A stretch of 64,000 bases of DNA, taken from positions 2,560,001 to 2,624,000 of the forward strand of contig CBDFIQ010000002.1 in assembly GCA_965248195.1 (NCBI GenBank), written 5' to 3'. Of the stretch, positions 16,830 through 27,574 are shown one piece after another (positions within the stretch are counted from its first letter, which is position 1; every line of letters begins with the position of its first letter). The notes below the pieces were generated by a model. It was given only the letters and a program-made list of their open reading frames with translations, had not been told where the DNA came from and searched no databases. This stretch comes from Longimicrobiales bacterium. GTDB lineage: Bacteria; Gemmatimonadota; Gemmatimonadetes; Longimicrobiales; Gaopeijiaceae. A program made the position numbers and the translations under genes.

Positions 16830-18043
16830 CAACCACGGGCAGGAATACGGGCCTTGCTGTGACGGCCTGGGCGACGGCGGCGCTCGTGTACGTGGCCGCT
16901 CACGCCGTGGACACCGAGTTTTCAATGTTCTGGGTGTTCGGTCTCGCGTTCGGATTCGTGCTTCAGCGAGCGCGTTTCTGCTTCGCGTCGGCGTTCCGAG
17001 ACATTTTCCTGCTGGGTCACGCCCGCAACATGAAGGGGGTTCTCCTGGGCCTCGCCGTGGGCTCCGTCGGGTTTGGGCTGGTCATGAGCCGTCAGGTACC
17101 CATGACCTCCCTAGGTGTCTACCCGCCCTCGGCAAACGTCCTGCCACTCGGAATCCACACGGGCCTCGGCGGACTGCTCTTCGGCATAGGGATGGTGCTG
17201 GCGGGCGGGTGTGTGTCCGGCAGCATCTACCGAATGGGCGAGGGGTATGTCGCCTCCTGGGTGGCGTTCGCCGGTGTGATGGGTGGCCTGCTGGTGTCGG
17301 CGTACACGTGGAATTGGTGGTGGGACGCCCACATCGCCACGGCCCCACGCTTCTGGCTCCCTCACTGGATCGGCCACCCCGGCGCATTGGTCGTCACCTT
17401 GCTCGCTCTGGCCGCGGTGTACGTGTGGGTCGTCTCGGTAGAGCACCGGGCCGGCATGGTCGTCCCCCCGGCGTCGGGAGCCCGCCCACAGGCTGCCCCA
17501 CAAACTGAGAGCGTCGCCGACGATCTCAGATCAACTTTGCGACGCCTGTTCGTCCAGGGATGGCCTGTGCTTCCCGCCGGGGCCGTTCTGGGCGGCCTCA
17601 ACGTGCTGCTCTTCACGGCCAGAGAGCCCTGGGGGTTCACGGGGGAGGTGTCGCGCTGGTCTATCGCGACGGCCTCTCTCGTCGGCGCCGCACCCGGACC
17701 CCTTGCCGGAGTGGAAACGCTACCCGGCTGTGTTCTGGTGCCCTCGGACGGACTCTTCTTCAACCATATGCTCTTCCTGGTGCTGGGAATGTTCTTCGGC
17801 TCTTTCGCCGCCGCGGTCGGTGCCCGAGAATTCAAGCTTCGAGTGCCGAAGCGCCCCGCGAGATACGCCCAGTCACTCGGTGGCGGGGTGATCATGGGGT
17901 ACGGCTCCGGAATCGGCATGGGATGCACGATCGGTGCCTTCTTCTCGGCGATCCCCTCCTTGGCCGTGAACGGTTGGGTGTTTGGGGGGTTCCTCGCGAT
18001 CGGCGCCTGGATCGGCACTCATATTATTCAGCGAATCGAGTAG
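16826..18043 (+). CDS. YeeE/YedE (TsuA-like) thiosulfate/sulfur-compound transporter
   Basis: Three conserved Cys motifs RARFCFAS, AGGCVSG and GMGCTIG; ATGA overlap with the upstream rhodanese. Confidence 0.9.
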   Translation: MTTTGRNTGLAVTAWATAALVYVAAHAVDTEFSMFWVFGLAFGFVLQRARFCFASAFRDIFLLGHARNMKGVLLGLAVGSVGFGLVMSRQVPMTSLGVYPPSANVLPLGIHTGLGGLLFGIGMVLAGGCVSGSIYRMGEGYVASWVAFAGVMGGLLVSAYTWNWWWDAHIATAPRFWLPHWIGHPGALVVTLLALAAVYVWVVSVEHRAGMVVPPASGARPQAAPQTESVADDLRSTLRRLFVQGWPVLPAGAVLGGLNVLLFTAREPWGFTGEVSRWSIATASLVGAAPGPLAGVETLPGCVLVPSDGLFFNHMLFLVLGMFFGSFAAAVGAREFKLRVPKRPARYAQSLGGGVIMGYGSGIGMGCTIGAFFSAIPSLAVNGWVFGGFLAIGAWIGTHIIQRIE

Positions 18044-18080
18044 ATTCATCCAACGGATCGAATAGAATCACGGAGGAGCG

Positions 18081-18326
18081 ATGACTCCCACGAAGTTGGA
18101 CGTAAGAGGCGAAATCTGTCCCTACCCGATGATGCGGACCGTCACCGCCTTGAAAAAGCTGTCCGGGGACGAGAGGGTGTTGGAGGTGGTCACCGACCAC
18201 GCACCGGCGTTGGAGACGATTCCGACGCAGGCCGCCCGCCTGGGGTTCCGGACCGACATCGAAGAAACCGGCGCGTCCGAGTGGCGCATCATGATCACAC
18301 GCACTGAAGCGGAGGACGAAGGATGA
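18081..18326 (+). CDS. TusA/YeeD/YedF sulfur carrier
   Basis: 81 aa with LDVRGEICPYP motif. Confidence 0.92.
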   Translation: MTPTKLDVRGEICPYPMMRTVTALKKLSGDERVLEVVTDHAPALETIPTQAARLGFRTDIEETGASEWRIMITRTEAEDEG

Positions 18327-19240
18327 CCTACCATCGAACGTTACCGACCAAGCTTCTCGGGATCGTGCTCCTGAGCTGCGTAATGGCCTCATGCGCCGGC
18401 GACAGTGGTGAGACCTCCGAGCGGCTCTACGCCAACGACGTCCTGGTCGATACGGAATGGATCGACGCCAATATGGAAGACCCCGACGTGCGCGTGCTGG
18501 AGGTGGGTGGGAACGCGAACGCCTTCGGCGAGGGCCACCTTCCGGGTGCATCCTTTCTGTCCATGGGGCGCTTGTCCAACCCCGACGACCCCGTCCGTGG
18601 CCAGATCGCGACGGCGGCCCAGGTGTCGGCGGCGCTCTCCGGCGCCGGAGTCGGACGGGAGCAGACCGTGGTTCTGTACGACCGCCGGAACAATCTCTCG
18701 GCGGCAAGGGCTTACTGGGTCTTGAAGTACTACCAGCACGCCGACGTCCGGATCTATAACGGCGGGACGCCCAAATGGACCGAGGACGGCCGGGCTTTGA
18801 GCACGGAAACTACAGAGTACGAGCCCTCGAACTATCAAGCGGGTCCCGCGGACCCAGAGATCCGCACGACCTGGCAATACGTCGTGGACCACACCGACGA
18901 TCCGTCGACGCTCTTCTGTGATACGAGGGGCCCGGACGAGTACCTGGGCCGAGATGTCAGAGCGGAAAGGGGTGGCCACATCCCCGGCTCGATCAACGTG
19001 GAATGGACGGCGGCGGTGAATTCGAACGGGACGTTCAAGTCCGCCGACGCATTGGCAGCCTTGTATGGCGGGGCGGGCTTCACATCCGACCGGCGGATCA
19101 TCACCTACTGTCAGAGTGGCGTCCGGGGCGCCCACACATGGTTCGTCCTGAGCGAGCTCCTCGGATATCCCGACGTCCGAAACTACGACGGATCGTGGGG
19201 AGAGTACGGAAACAACCCCGAGAGTCCGATCGAGAGCTAG
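18323..19240 (+). CDS. Exported lipoprotein tandem rhodanese
   Basis: Lipobox-like VMASC; GHIPG, YCQSGVRG and NYDGSWGEY motifs. Confidence 0.88.
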   Translation: MTYHRTLPTKLLGIVLLSCVMASCAGDSGETSERLYANDVLVDTEWIDANMEDPDVRVLEVGGNANAFGEGHLPGASFLSMGRLSNPDDPVRGQIATAAQVSAALSGAGVGREQTVVLYDRRNNLSAARAYWVLKYYQHADVRIYNGGTPKWTEDGRALSTETTEYEPSNYQAGPADPEIRTTWQYVVDHTDDPSTLFCDTRGPDEYLGRDVRAERGGHIPGSINVEWTAAVNSNGTFKSADALAALYGGAGFTSDRRIITYCQSGVRGAHTWFVLSELLGYPDVRNYDGSWGEYGNNPESPIES

Positions 19241-19313
19241 GTGGGCGGGCCTCGGAGCTAGGACGGGCGGGCTTCGGAGCTAGGGCTGGCGGGCTTCGGA
19301 GCTAGGGCTGGCG
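19234..19313. repeat. About 3.5 copies of a 21-22-bp tandem repeat
   Basis: GAGCTAGG recurs at 19234, 19255, 19277 and 19299. Confidence 0.8.
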
Positions 19314-19339
19314 CGGCTCATGGATGTGGCGGGCGGTTG

Positions 19340-19843
19340 TCAGGCGCTCTCCCGCGGGTCGCCCTCGTCCAAAACCTGCTGCGTGCGGCCCGCCCGGTAA
19401 CCACGGACGGCTTCCCGGATCTCGGGATACTTGTTTCCTAATATTTCAGCGGCGAGCAGCGCGGCGTTGGTCGCCCCTGCATTGCCGATGGCGAGTGTGC
19501 CGACGGGGATGCCAGCCGGCATCTGGACGATGGACAGCAGCGAGTCCAGCCCATCCAACGCCCAGGCCTTCATCGGCACTCCCAGGATCGGAATGAGCGT
19601 CTTGGCAGCCATCATTCCGCCGAGGTGGGCCGCCCCGCCCGCTCCGGTGATGATCACCTCGAGACCGCGCTCCTCCGCAGTGGCGGCGTAATCGATGCAA
19701 AGGTCGGGTGTGCGGTGGCCGGAAATCACTCGGACCTCATGGGGGATGCCGAGCGTCTCGAGCATTTCCGACGTACGCCGCATAGTCTCCCAATCCGACT
19801 TGGATCCCATGACGACGCCCACGAGCGGTTGGGTTTCGTCCAT
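19340..19843 (-). CDS. purE: N5-CAIR mutase PurE
   Basis: MGSKSD, SGHRTP, GAGGAAHL and SIVQMPAG motifs. Confidence 0.95.
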   Translation of the reverse strand: MDETQPLVGVVMGSKSDWETMRRTSEMLETLGIPHEVRVISGHRTPDLCIDYAATAEERGLEVIITGAGGAAHLGGMMAAKTLIPILGVPMKAWALDGLDSLLSIVQMPAGIPVGTLAIGNAGATNAALLAAEILGNKYPEIREAVRGYRAGRTQQVLDEGDPRESA

Positions 19844-20006
19844 GGCAAGAGCTTGCACGTAGGGCCCTGCAGGGTCAAGAGTCAGGATCCGGGCGGCACG
19901 AAGTCACGTCCACTACGAACACGGAAAAAGGAACACTTGTTTCCGTTGTCACACGTCCGCATCTTTCAACTGTGAAACCCGTTCCGACTACCCGAGGAAG
20001 AAGCTC

Positions 20007-21017
20007 ATGAACCGTAAGATCGTAGCCGCCGCGGTACTCCTCACCGGCTTGCTGGTGGCGATGCCCGTTCTGGCGCAAAACAGCGTATGGACGTCCGACC
20101 GCCCGGACGGGCATGCTCCCGCCGGCGTCAAATCGGACTTCTTGCTCTCTTTTGGCGAACTTTACATGGGCTACCGATATTCTGCGGAGAAGTTCAGGGG
20201 TACGCTCATCGGGACCCAGGAAGTGTCCGGCGATGAGGTCCTGGACTTCTTCACCTCCGCTCCGCTGACGCACGATCGTTGGACCGGAGAAGTCGACGTA
20301 CGCCTCGGGCTGACCAGCTTCTTCACGCTGGCGGGCTCGGTCCCGTGGGTGAGAAACACGATGCTCAGCGCGACGGACACCGGGTTCTTCCAGAGCTCGT
20401 CCCAGTTCATCGGTGACGTCAGCGTCCGGGGGTTGATCGAGCTCCTTGATATGGACGAGTATCGGCTGAGCCTTACCCTTGGAGCCACGGTTCCAACTGG
20501 GAGGATCTCAAAGAAGGGCCTCACCGCAACAGGGGTTCGAGGGGTCCTACCCTTCACGATGCAGGGGGGCTCCGGTAGCCCGGACGTCCTGGCCGGCGGA
20601 ACGTTCCAAGTTCAGAATGAGGTTGCCTCGGTCGGAGCCCAGATCAACTCCGTGATCCGCGTCATGCACAACGGGAAGAAGTACCGCCTGGGTGACGAGT
20701 TCGCCTTCACGGTGTGGGGCGCCTACAACGTCACCGACTGGGTGAGCTTTTCGCTCAGAGGCATTTTTGAGCATCAGGCTGAAATCAAGGGATCCGATTC
20801 ACGCACGGACGGATCGGTCGACCCTCTTGCGAACCCGTTCGCTCAGGGCGGGGAGCGCGTCCTCTTGCCGATTGGAATGAACCTTTACGTCCGCGAAGGC
20901 AGGGCGGCGGGGCATCGGCTCTCGATCGAATTCTACTACCCGCTCCACGAAGACCTGAATGGGCCGCAGATGTCAGTTTCTCGGGAACTCGTCGTTTCCT
21001 GGCAAGCCGTGTTCTAG
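20007..21017 (+). CDS. Outer-membrane beta-barrel transporter-like protein
   Basis: Signal peptide; RPDGHAP, PTG and MQGGSGS motifs; terminal Phe. Confidence 0.7.
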   Translation: MNRKIVAAAVLLTGLLVAMPVLAQNSVWTSDRPDGHAPAGVKSDFLLSFGELYMGYRYSAEKFRGTLIGTQEVSGDEVLDFFTSAPLTHDRWTGEVDVRLGLTSFFTLAGSVPWVRNTMLSATDTGFFQSSSQFIGDVSVRGLIELLDMDEYRLSLTLGATVPTGRISKKGLTATGVRGVLPFTMQGGSGSPDVLAGGTFQVQNEVASVGAQINSVIRVMHNGKKYRLGDEFAFTVWGAYNVTDWVSFSLRGIFEHQAEIKGSDSRTDGSVDPLANPFAQGGERVLLPIGMNLYVREGRAAGHRLSIEFYYPLHEDLNGPQMSVSRELVVSWQAVF

Positions 21018-21038
21018 ACGCCGACTCAATCTGCTTTG

Positions 21039-22313
21039 TTACATGATACGCACCATGTGATAGTCCTTCTTTCCCTTCCGAAGTATCAAGAACATCCCCT
21101 CGATCGCATCCGCCGTCGTGACCATCGCCTCAACTTTCTCGACGCGGACGTTGTTGATGGAGAGACCTCCGCCCTCGATGGAACGCCTCGCCTCTCCCCG
21201 CGACTTGCACACACCCGCGTCCGCGAACAGATCGAGGACGCCCGTGCCGTCGCCCTCCAGCCCGGCCCGGGCGATCTCGCTCGAAGGGACATCCGCGAAG
21301 ACCTCCGCGATTTCGTCAACTCCGAGGCCCGCGATCTCGCCACCGAAAAGCACCTCGGTGGCCCGCTGCGCACTCGCCATACCCTGGTCGCCATGGACTC
21401 GCCGCGTCACATCCTCGGCGAGCACACGGTGGGCGCCGCGCTCATGCGGCCGCTCACCATGAGCCGATTCGAGCTCGGAGATCTCCTCGGGACCGAGCAG
21501 CGTGAAGTACCGGAGATACCGAATGACGTCCCGGTCATCGACCGTCATCCAGAACTGGTAGAACCGGTAGGGTGAGGTGAGTGCCGGGTCGAGCCAAACG
21601 GCGCCGGCCTCGGTCTTACCGAACTTGTGCCCACCGGCCCCCGTCAAGAGGGGATACGTGATCCCGTACGCCTTCTCTCCCCGCAGACGGCGGACCAGAT
21701 CGATACCCGCCGTGATGTTTCCCCACTGGTCGCTGCCGCCCATTTGGAGTGTGCATCCGTACCGCTCGTTTAACGCCACGAAGTCGTACGCCTGGAGTAG
21801 CGCGTAGCTGAACTCCGTGTAGGAAATCCCCGTCTCTTCGTTCTCAACGCGCCGCCGGATGGACTCCTTCTTGAGGAGCGCGTTCACGGAAAAGTGTTTC
21901 CCGACGTCGCGAAGGAAGTCGACCATGGTGATTTCGCCGAGCCAGTCCAGATTGTCGACTGTCCGAGCCGGGTTCGTGGCGCGGTCGAAGTCGAGAAAGT
22001 GCTCTAGCTGCCGACACATTCCCGCGAGGTTCTCGGCCGCTTTTTCTCTGGTTAGGAGTTGGCGCTCCTCGGTCCTGCCGGAGGGATCTCCGATGAGCCC
22101 GGTCCCGCCACCCGCGAGCACGAGCGGATGATGCCCGGCCCTCTGCAGGTGAACGAGGCCCATGATGGGCATGAGCGAGCCCACATGAAGGCTCGCGGCA
22201 GTGGGATCGAAGCCGATGTACGCCGTGACCGGACCCTCGGCGAGCGCGGCCTCTGCCCCCTCGGTGGAGTCCTGCAGCATGCCCCTCCGGCGGTATTCTT
22301 CCAGTAAGCTCAT
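21039..22313 (-). CDS. tyrS: Tyrosine--tRNA ligase
   Basis: YIGFDPT, HVGS, GGSDQWGNI and KFGKT motifs; S4 domain. Confidence 0.97.
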   Translation of the reverse strand: MSLLEEYRRRGMLQDSTEGAEAALAEGPVTAYIGFDPTAASLHVGSLMPIMGLVHLQRAGHHPLVLAGGGTGLIGDPSGRTEERQLLTREKAAENLAGMCRQLEHFLDFDRATNPARTVDNLDWLGEITMVDFLRDVGKHFSVNALLKKESIRRRVENEETGISYTEFSYALLQAYDFVALNERYGCTLQMGGSDQWGNITAGIDLVRRLRGEKAYGITYPLLTGAGGHKFGKTEAGAVWLDPALTSPYRFYQFWMTVDDRDVIRYLRYFTLLGPEEISELESAHGERPHERGAHRVLAEDVTRRVHGDQGMASAQRATEVLFGGEIAGLGVDEIAEVFADVPSSEIARAGLEGDGTGVLDLFADAGVCKSRGEARRSIEGGGLSINNVRVEKVEAMVTTADAIEGMFLILRKGKKDYHMVRIM

Positions 22314-22455
22314 GTCACTCGGTCGCGTGTCGTGCCGCCGAATCGGGAATCCCTTAGCCCCCTCACGGAAGCCGCGAGATTGTCGCCCAAAGATTGTCGG
22401 ACGAAGATAGCCGCGAGAGGATAGCCGCGAAAAGTGTGGTCGCCATAGGCTCCCA

Positions 22456-23916
22456 TCAAGCGCCGTCAAGCCCGCGGGACGCCGAAAAAACCGCTCGTAC
22501 CCTGCCCCGATCGATCTTACCGTTCACATTGACCGGGATGCTGTCGGCAAACTCGACGCGCTTCGGTAACTCGGAGGCGGAAAGCCGGTCTCGGGCCTGC
22601 GCCATCAGCACCTCAGGATCCGCTTCCATCCCCGGGCCGGGTACGATGAGCGCCACGACCGTCTCACCCCAAACCTCGTCCGGAAGGCCCGCGACCGCAG
22701 CACCAGAGACGCCCGGTAGGCCCTCCAGCACGATCTCCACGGATCGTGGATCGACGCTCGCCCCCCCGGTCACGATCCGATCGCCGATCCGGCCGGAAAT
22801 CCAGAGATGGCCATCACCGTCGAGGCGGCCCAGGTCGCCCGTCGCGAGCCAACCCTCCTCATCCGCCACACTCGGCGACACCGTGCCGCCTCGTACGCAG
22901 ATCTCTCCATTCTCCCGAATCCGGAGTTCGAGGCCGTCGATCGGAAAGCCGACCGTGCCCGGCTTCTCCGCCACGAGGTCCGCGGGCGCGGTCGCCACCT
23001 GCGAACACGCCTCCGTCAGCCCGTAGGTCAGAGCGACGGGATATCCCCGTTCGATCGCTTTCAGGACCAGCGTGCCGCCGGCCGCCGCACCGCCGACCAA
23101 GAGGCAACGCAGCGTAGGAGGAACGGACTCGTCTCCCCTCACATCGAGAAGCCGCCTGAGCATGGTGGGAACGATTGAGGCATGCGTCAGACCCTCCCGG
23201 TCGATCAACTCCCCCAGCACCTCAGCCGAGAACCGCCCCCGGACCAGCAGCGTGCATCCCACGTGGGCTGCTCGATGCACGAGGGCGAGCCCACCGACGT
23301 GGCCGAGGGACAGAGAGGCGTACCACCGGTCCCGCTCGGTGAGGCACAAGCGCGCCACAGACGCGTTAGCACTCGCTTCGAGGGCCGAAGGAAGGATCGG
23401 CACCGCACTGGAGTGACCGGATGTGCCCGAGGTCCAGAGGAGGGCCACGGGGCGCGGTTCGGGTTCGGACGTCGCGCCCGGCATGGATGCCGCGTCGACG
23501 ACGGGGCCCCCACCCTGCTCGCCCGCCGGCCTGGGTAAATCGTCGAGCGTCGTGATCCAGTCCGCATCGAGCGCCGCTGTGAGCGCCGGATCGTGCACGT
23601 CCTGCTCGGTGCTGAGGATCAGGTCGGGCCCGATCACGTCGAGCGCCCGCTCCATGGAAGCGGCGCCCAACCTAGGATTGAGCGGCGCAAGGACGGCGCC
23701 GGTGCGGGGGACGGCCCACAGGGCTTGGATGGATAACGCGTTGGGGTGGGCCACGAGCGCCACGGTGGAGCCTGGCCCAGCCCCAAGAGGGGCGAGGCGG
23801 CGGGCCATGCGGCCTACCCCGGCGTCAAGCTCGGCGTACGTCCAAACATCACCGCCGTCGTCCAACGCGGTGGCGTCGGGGAAGGCCTGGGCCGCCGCCC
23901 TGAGCGGATCCCTCAC
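22456..23916 (-). CDS. menE: O-succinylbenzoate-CoA ligase
   Basis: WTSGTSG, HVGG, TYGLTEACSQ and TGDLG motifs; men operon context; GTGA overlap with menA. Confidence 0.85.
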   Translation of the reverse strand: MRDPLRAAAQAFPDATALDDGGDVWTYAELDAGVGRMARRLAPLGAGPGSTVALVAHPNALSIQALWAVPRTGAVLAPLNPRLGAASMERALDVIGPDLILSTEQDVHDPALTAALDADWITTLDDLPRPAGEQGGGPVVDAASMPGATSEPEPRPVALLWTSGTSGHSSAVPILPSALEASANASVARLCLTERDRWYASLSLGHVGGLALVHRAAHVGCTLLVRGRFSAEVLGELIDREGLTHASIVPTMLRRLLDVRGDESVPPTLRCLLVGGAAAGGTLVLKAIERGYPVALTYGLTEACSQVATAPADLVAEKPGTVGFPIDGLELRIRENGEICVRGGTVSPSVADEEGWLATGDLGRLDGDGHLWISGRIGDRIVTGGASVDPRSVEIVLEGLPGVSGAAVAGLPDEVWGETVVALIVPGPGMEADPEVLMAQARDRLSASELPKRVEFADSIPVNVNGKIDRGRVRAVFSASRGLDGA

Positions 23917-24794
23917 CCGAACGCCAATCCCGCCGCCAGAAGCAGGCCGTACAGCCCGACCACGCGGGCGGTGCCCGCCAACGCAGGGATCAGCTCCCGC
24001 GGGTCGTCCCTGGTCATGATGAGCGTCAGCGGTGAGACGGAAGCCGCCCCCGCGGTAAGCGCGATCAGCGCCGCCACCGGCCACTGGTAGACGCCCACCC
24101 CAAGGACCGGAACGGTGAGCCCGACCGCCATCAGAATGGCGTACTCGACCCGGCTCCCATTTCGGCCCAAACGCACAGCCAGAGTACGTTTGCCGGCCGA
24201 GGTATCGGTGTCGAGATCCCTGAGGTTGTTGGCCACCAGAATCGCCGTACTCAGGGCGCCCATGCCCGCCCCGGCCAGGAGAACCTCCCCGGGGAGGGCG
24301 AGCGCCTGCACCCAGTACGTGCCACCGACGGCGATCAGACCGAAAAACACGAAGACGAACGGATCGCCGAGGCCGTGATACGCGAGTGGATAGGGTCCAC
24401 CCGTGTAGGCGACCGCACAGAGGAGTGACGCAAGGCCAATCCACACGATGGGCCACCCGCCTACGACCACCAGGTAGACGCCGACCGAGGCAGCGGCAGC
24501 GAGCACAGCCACCATACCCCGCCACACGTGTTCAGCAGGAATCAGCCCTGCCTGGGTCACGCGCACCGGGCCGACCCGGTCCGGCGTATCGCCCCCCCGC
24601 ACGAAATCGTAGTAGTCGTTCGCGAAGTTCGTCCCGATCTGGATGAGGATCGCCCCGGTTAAAGCGGCCAGCACCGGAAAAAGAGCGAAGGCTCCATGCG
24701 CTGCCGCCAAGCCCGCCCCGACGAAAACAGGAGCGGCGGCGGCACTCAGCGTCTTGGGGCGCGCAGCCTGCAGCCAGGCGGAGGCCCGGCTCAC
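23913..24794 (-). CDS. menA: DHNA polyprenyltransferase
   Basis: [23 protein letters not shown] and [10 protein letters not shown] motifs. Confidence 0.95.
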   Translation of the reverse strand: MSRASAWLQAARPKTLSAAAAPVFVGAGLAAAHGAFALFPVLAALTGAILIQIGTNFANDYYDFVRGGDTPDRVGPVRVTQAGLIPAEHVWRGMVAVLAAAASVGVYLVVVGGWPIVWIGLASLLCAVAYTGGPYPLAYHGLGDPFVFVFFGLIAVGGTYWVQALALPGEVLLAGAGMGALSTAILVANNLRDLDTDTSAGKRTLAVRLGRNGSRVEYAILMAVGLTVPVLGVGVYQWPVAALIALTAGAASVSPLTLIMTRDDPRELIPALAGTARVVGLYGLLLAAGLAFG

Positions 24795-24827
24795 GGAGCG
24801 GAGGCCCGGGTCACGGGAGGGCCATCC

Positions 24828-25667
24828 CTACCAGGGCAGCCATGGAAATTTGCGAAAGTCCGGCTCGCGTTTCTCCAGGAAGGCGTTCTTCGCCTCCTGC
24901 GCCTGTTCCGTCATATAGAAGAGGAGAGTTGCGTTCCCGGCGAGTTCCTGGAGCCCCGCCTGCCCATCGAGGTCGGCGTTGAAGGCGGATTTGAGCAAAC
25001 GGATCGCCAGCGGGCTTTTGTCGAGGATCTCCTGGGCCCACTTCCAGCCCTCCGCCTCGAGTGCGTCTAAGGGCACCACCGCGTTGACCATTCCCATCTC
25101 GAGTGCCTCATCAGCACTGTACTGGCGGCACAGGTACCAGATCTCCCGTGCCTTCTTCTGGCCCACCATGCGGGCCAGGAAGGACGACCCGAAGCCACCG
25201 TCGAAGCTGCCCACCTTGGGGCCCGTCTGGCCAAACACGGCGTTGTCGGCCGCGAGTGTGAGGTCGCACACGACGTGCAGCACGTGCCCCCCGCCGATCG
25301 CGTAACCCGCCACCAAGCAGATGACGGGCTTGGGCATGCTCCGGATATAACGCTGGAGTTCGAGGACGTTGAGACGGGGCACGCCGTCGTCTCCGACGTA
25401 ACCTCCATCGCCCCGTACACGCTGGTCTCCGCCTGAGCAGAACGCGTAGCCGCCGTCCTCCGCCGGCCCCTCCCCTGTAAAGAGCACGACCCCGATGCGC
25501 GTGTCTTCCCCGGCGTTTCTGAACGCCTCCTGGAGCTCCAGCAGCGTCCCGGGCCGGAAGGCATTCCGCACCCGAGGCCGGTTGATGGCGATACGGGCTA
25601 CCCCGTCCGCCTTCTTGTAGGTGATGTCCTCGTACTCCTTGACGATCTCCCACCGCGGCTCGCTCAT
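24828..25667 (-). CDS. menB: DHNA-CoA synthase
   Basis: FCSGGDQ and [13 protein letters not shown] motifs. Confidence 0.97.
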   Translation of the reverse strand: MSEPRWEIVKEYEDITYKKADGVARIAINRPRVRNAFRPGTLLELQEAFRNAGEDTRIGVVLFTGEGPAEDGGYAFCSGGDQRVRGDGGYVGDDGVPRLNVLELQRYIRSMPKPVICLVAGYAIGGGHVLHVVCDLTLAADNAVFGQTGPKVGSFDGGFGSSFLARMVGQKKAREIWYLCRQYSADEALEMGMVNAVVPLDALEAEGWKWAQEILDKSPLAIRLLKSAFNADLDGQAGLQELAGNATLLFYMTEQAQEAKNAFLEKREPDFRKFPWLPW

Positions 25668-25696
25668 CCTCTTGCCCCACCTCGAAAGTGCATACG

Positions 25697-27574
25697 TTAC
25701 AATAGCGCCCTAACCGCTCGGCGCACCGCCTCGGCCACGGCATCGCGACCACGCTGGTTTTGGTCGCGGTCGCTACGAACCTCCAGGATCCGCGGTCCCG
25801 TGCCCGCGAGCACCTCCTCGAACGCATCCTCGAACGCGCCGCTGAGCGCGTCCGCGGCGCCGGTCGGATGATCCACGCGCCGGTACGGAATCCCGTATAG
25901 TTCGGCAGCATGGCGAAAGTCGAGCCCGTGCGGAGTCGCGAAGTACTCTGTGAACTCGGGCTCATGCTCCCGGATGGGGAGCATGTGAAAGATGCCCCCA
26001 CCGTCGTTGTTGATCACAACGAACACGATGTCGAGCTCGAATTTGGCGACGGCGAGAAGTCCGTTCATGTCGTGGTAGAAGGCGACGTCTCCCACGACCG
26101 CGACGATCGGAAACGGCCCGTCACTCGCCACGGTGATCCCTGCCACCGTGGACACGATTCCGTCGATTCCGCTCGCTCCGCGGTTGCCGTATACACGGAG
26201 CGGCTTCCCTCCCCCGCCGAACGCGTCCAGATCCCGAACCGGCATGGAACTGGACACGAACAGCGTCGTGCCCTCGGGGACCCCAGCGACCACCGCCGCC
26301 AAGACGTCGCCCTCGAAGGGCTCTCCAGCGTCGGAGGCTCGATACGCACAGACCGCCTGCCTCGCGGCTCGATCGATCTCCGTCCATTGGTCGCACCAGC
26401 TCGGAGGCGTGTTGGGGGTAGACGATGTTTTCGTGAGCGTCCCCAGGGTAGAAAACTCCTCTGTGACAGCCCGCACGAAGGAGGCCACTTCCGATCGAAC
26501 GTCGAGTGAAGTCACCCCGAGGTGATCCTTACCGCCACGTCCCGAGGTGATCCTCACCTGCGAGACCTCCCCGAACCCAGCCAGGAACGCCAATAACGAA
26601 GCGGATGTAGGTGCGCCTCCAATCCGGCAAATGATGTCGGGCCTGAGCACCTCTCTGAGTTTCGCATCGCGTGATGCTTCCCGTGGAGCGGACGCATCCC
26701 AAAGACCCCGAAGAAAAAGATCGTAGGCCGCCACCGAGTGCTCTGCGCCGTACTCGCTGAAGCGGACACCGGAAAGAGGATCGCCGAGTACGGGAAATCC
26801 TGTGGCGCGAGCCAGATCCCCGATGGCCCGACCCACGACCTCGGGATCGGTGACCGGACCCGCGATGATCAACCCGCGCCCGCCAGCCGCCAGGGCGGAC
26901 GCAACCGCACGCACCTCGCCCTCGACAGGGCCGGCTGCCCCCTCCACGACCGGCACCATGGGCGTACCGTCCGCGTGGCCGTCTAGCCCCACCGGATCCG
27001 CCGCACGGATAGTCGCCGCCTGCTCGGCACTGAGTTCGGCGGGCTCCAGCGGCTTGTTGAGCGGAAAATTCACATGGACGGGGCCGGGATCCATCCCCAA
27101 CGTCGCCGCGACAGCGCCGCACGCGAGCGCTCGTACACCCCTCAGCTCATCCGCCGAGGGCTCACCGGCATCGAGGCTCTCCCGGACGAAGGAACCGTAG
27201 AGTCGGGACTGGTCGATCGTCTGGTTCGCGTCTGTCCCCCGGAGCTCGGGTGGCCGGTCCGCAGTGAGCGCCAGCAGAGGCACTCCAGCTTGTGACGCCT
27301 CGATTACCGCTGGAAAAAGGTTCGCGGTGGCGGTGCCGGAGGTCGTGATGACCGCCGCGGGGCGCCCAGTGGTCTTCCCGAGCCCGAGGGCGAAGAACCC
27401 GGCGCACCGCTCATCCAAAAGGACCCAGGTCCGGATCCGTTCTTCCCCGGCACACGCCATGACCAACGGTGTCGATCTGGACCCGGGGGCGACGCAGACA
27501 TGTGCGACGCCCCGGCGAGCCAATTCATCGATGAAGGCCCTGACCCAGGCGGTGGTGACCGCCGGGTCACTCAT
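25697..27574 (-). CDS. menD: SEPHCHC synthase
   Basis: [27 protein letters not shown] and NNDGGGIF motifs. Confidence 0.95.
   Translation of the reverse strand: MSDPAVTTAWVRAFIDELARRGVAHVCVAPGSRSTPLVMACAGEERIRTWVLLDERCAGFFALGLGKTTGRPAAVITTSGTATANLFPAVIEASQAGVPLLALTADRPPELRGTDANQTIDQSRLYGSFVRESLDAGEPSADELRGVRALACGAVAATLGMDPGPVHVNFPLNKPLEPAELSAEQAATIRAADPVGLDGHADGTPMVPVVEGAAGPVEGEVRAVASALAAGGRGLIIAGPVTDPEVVGRAIGDLARATGFPVLGDPLSGVRFSEYGAEHSVAAYDLFLRGLWDASAPREASRDAKLREVLRPDIICRIGGAPTSASLLAFLAGFGEVSQVRITSGRGGKDHLGVTSLDVRSEVASFVRAVTEEFSTLGTLTKTSSTPNTPPSWCDQWTEIDRAARQAVCAYRASDAGEPFEGDVLAAVVAGVPEGTTLFVSSSMPVRDLDAFGGGGKPLRVYGNRGASGIDGIVSTVAGITVASDGPFPIVAVVGDVAFYHDMNGLLAVAKFELDIVFVVINNDGGGIFHMLPIREHEPEFTEYFATPHGLDFRHAAELYGIPYRRVDHPTGAADALSGAFEDAFEEVLAGTGPRILEVRSDRDQNQRGRDAVAEAVRRAVRALL

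Noticed and set aside
19234..19313. CRISPR array
   Set aside because: Tandem units without unique spacers, and no cas genes
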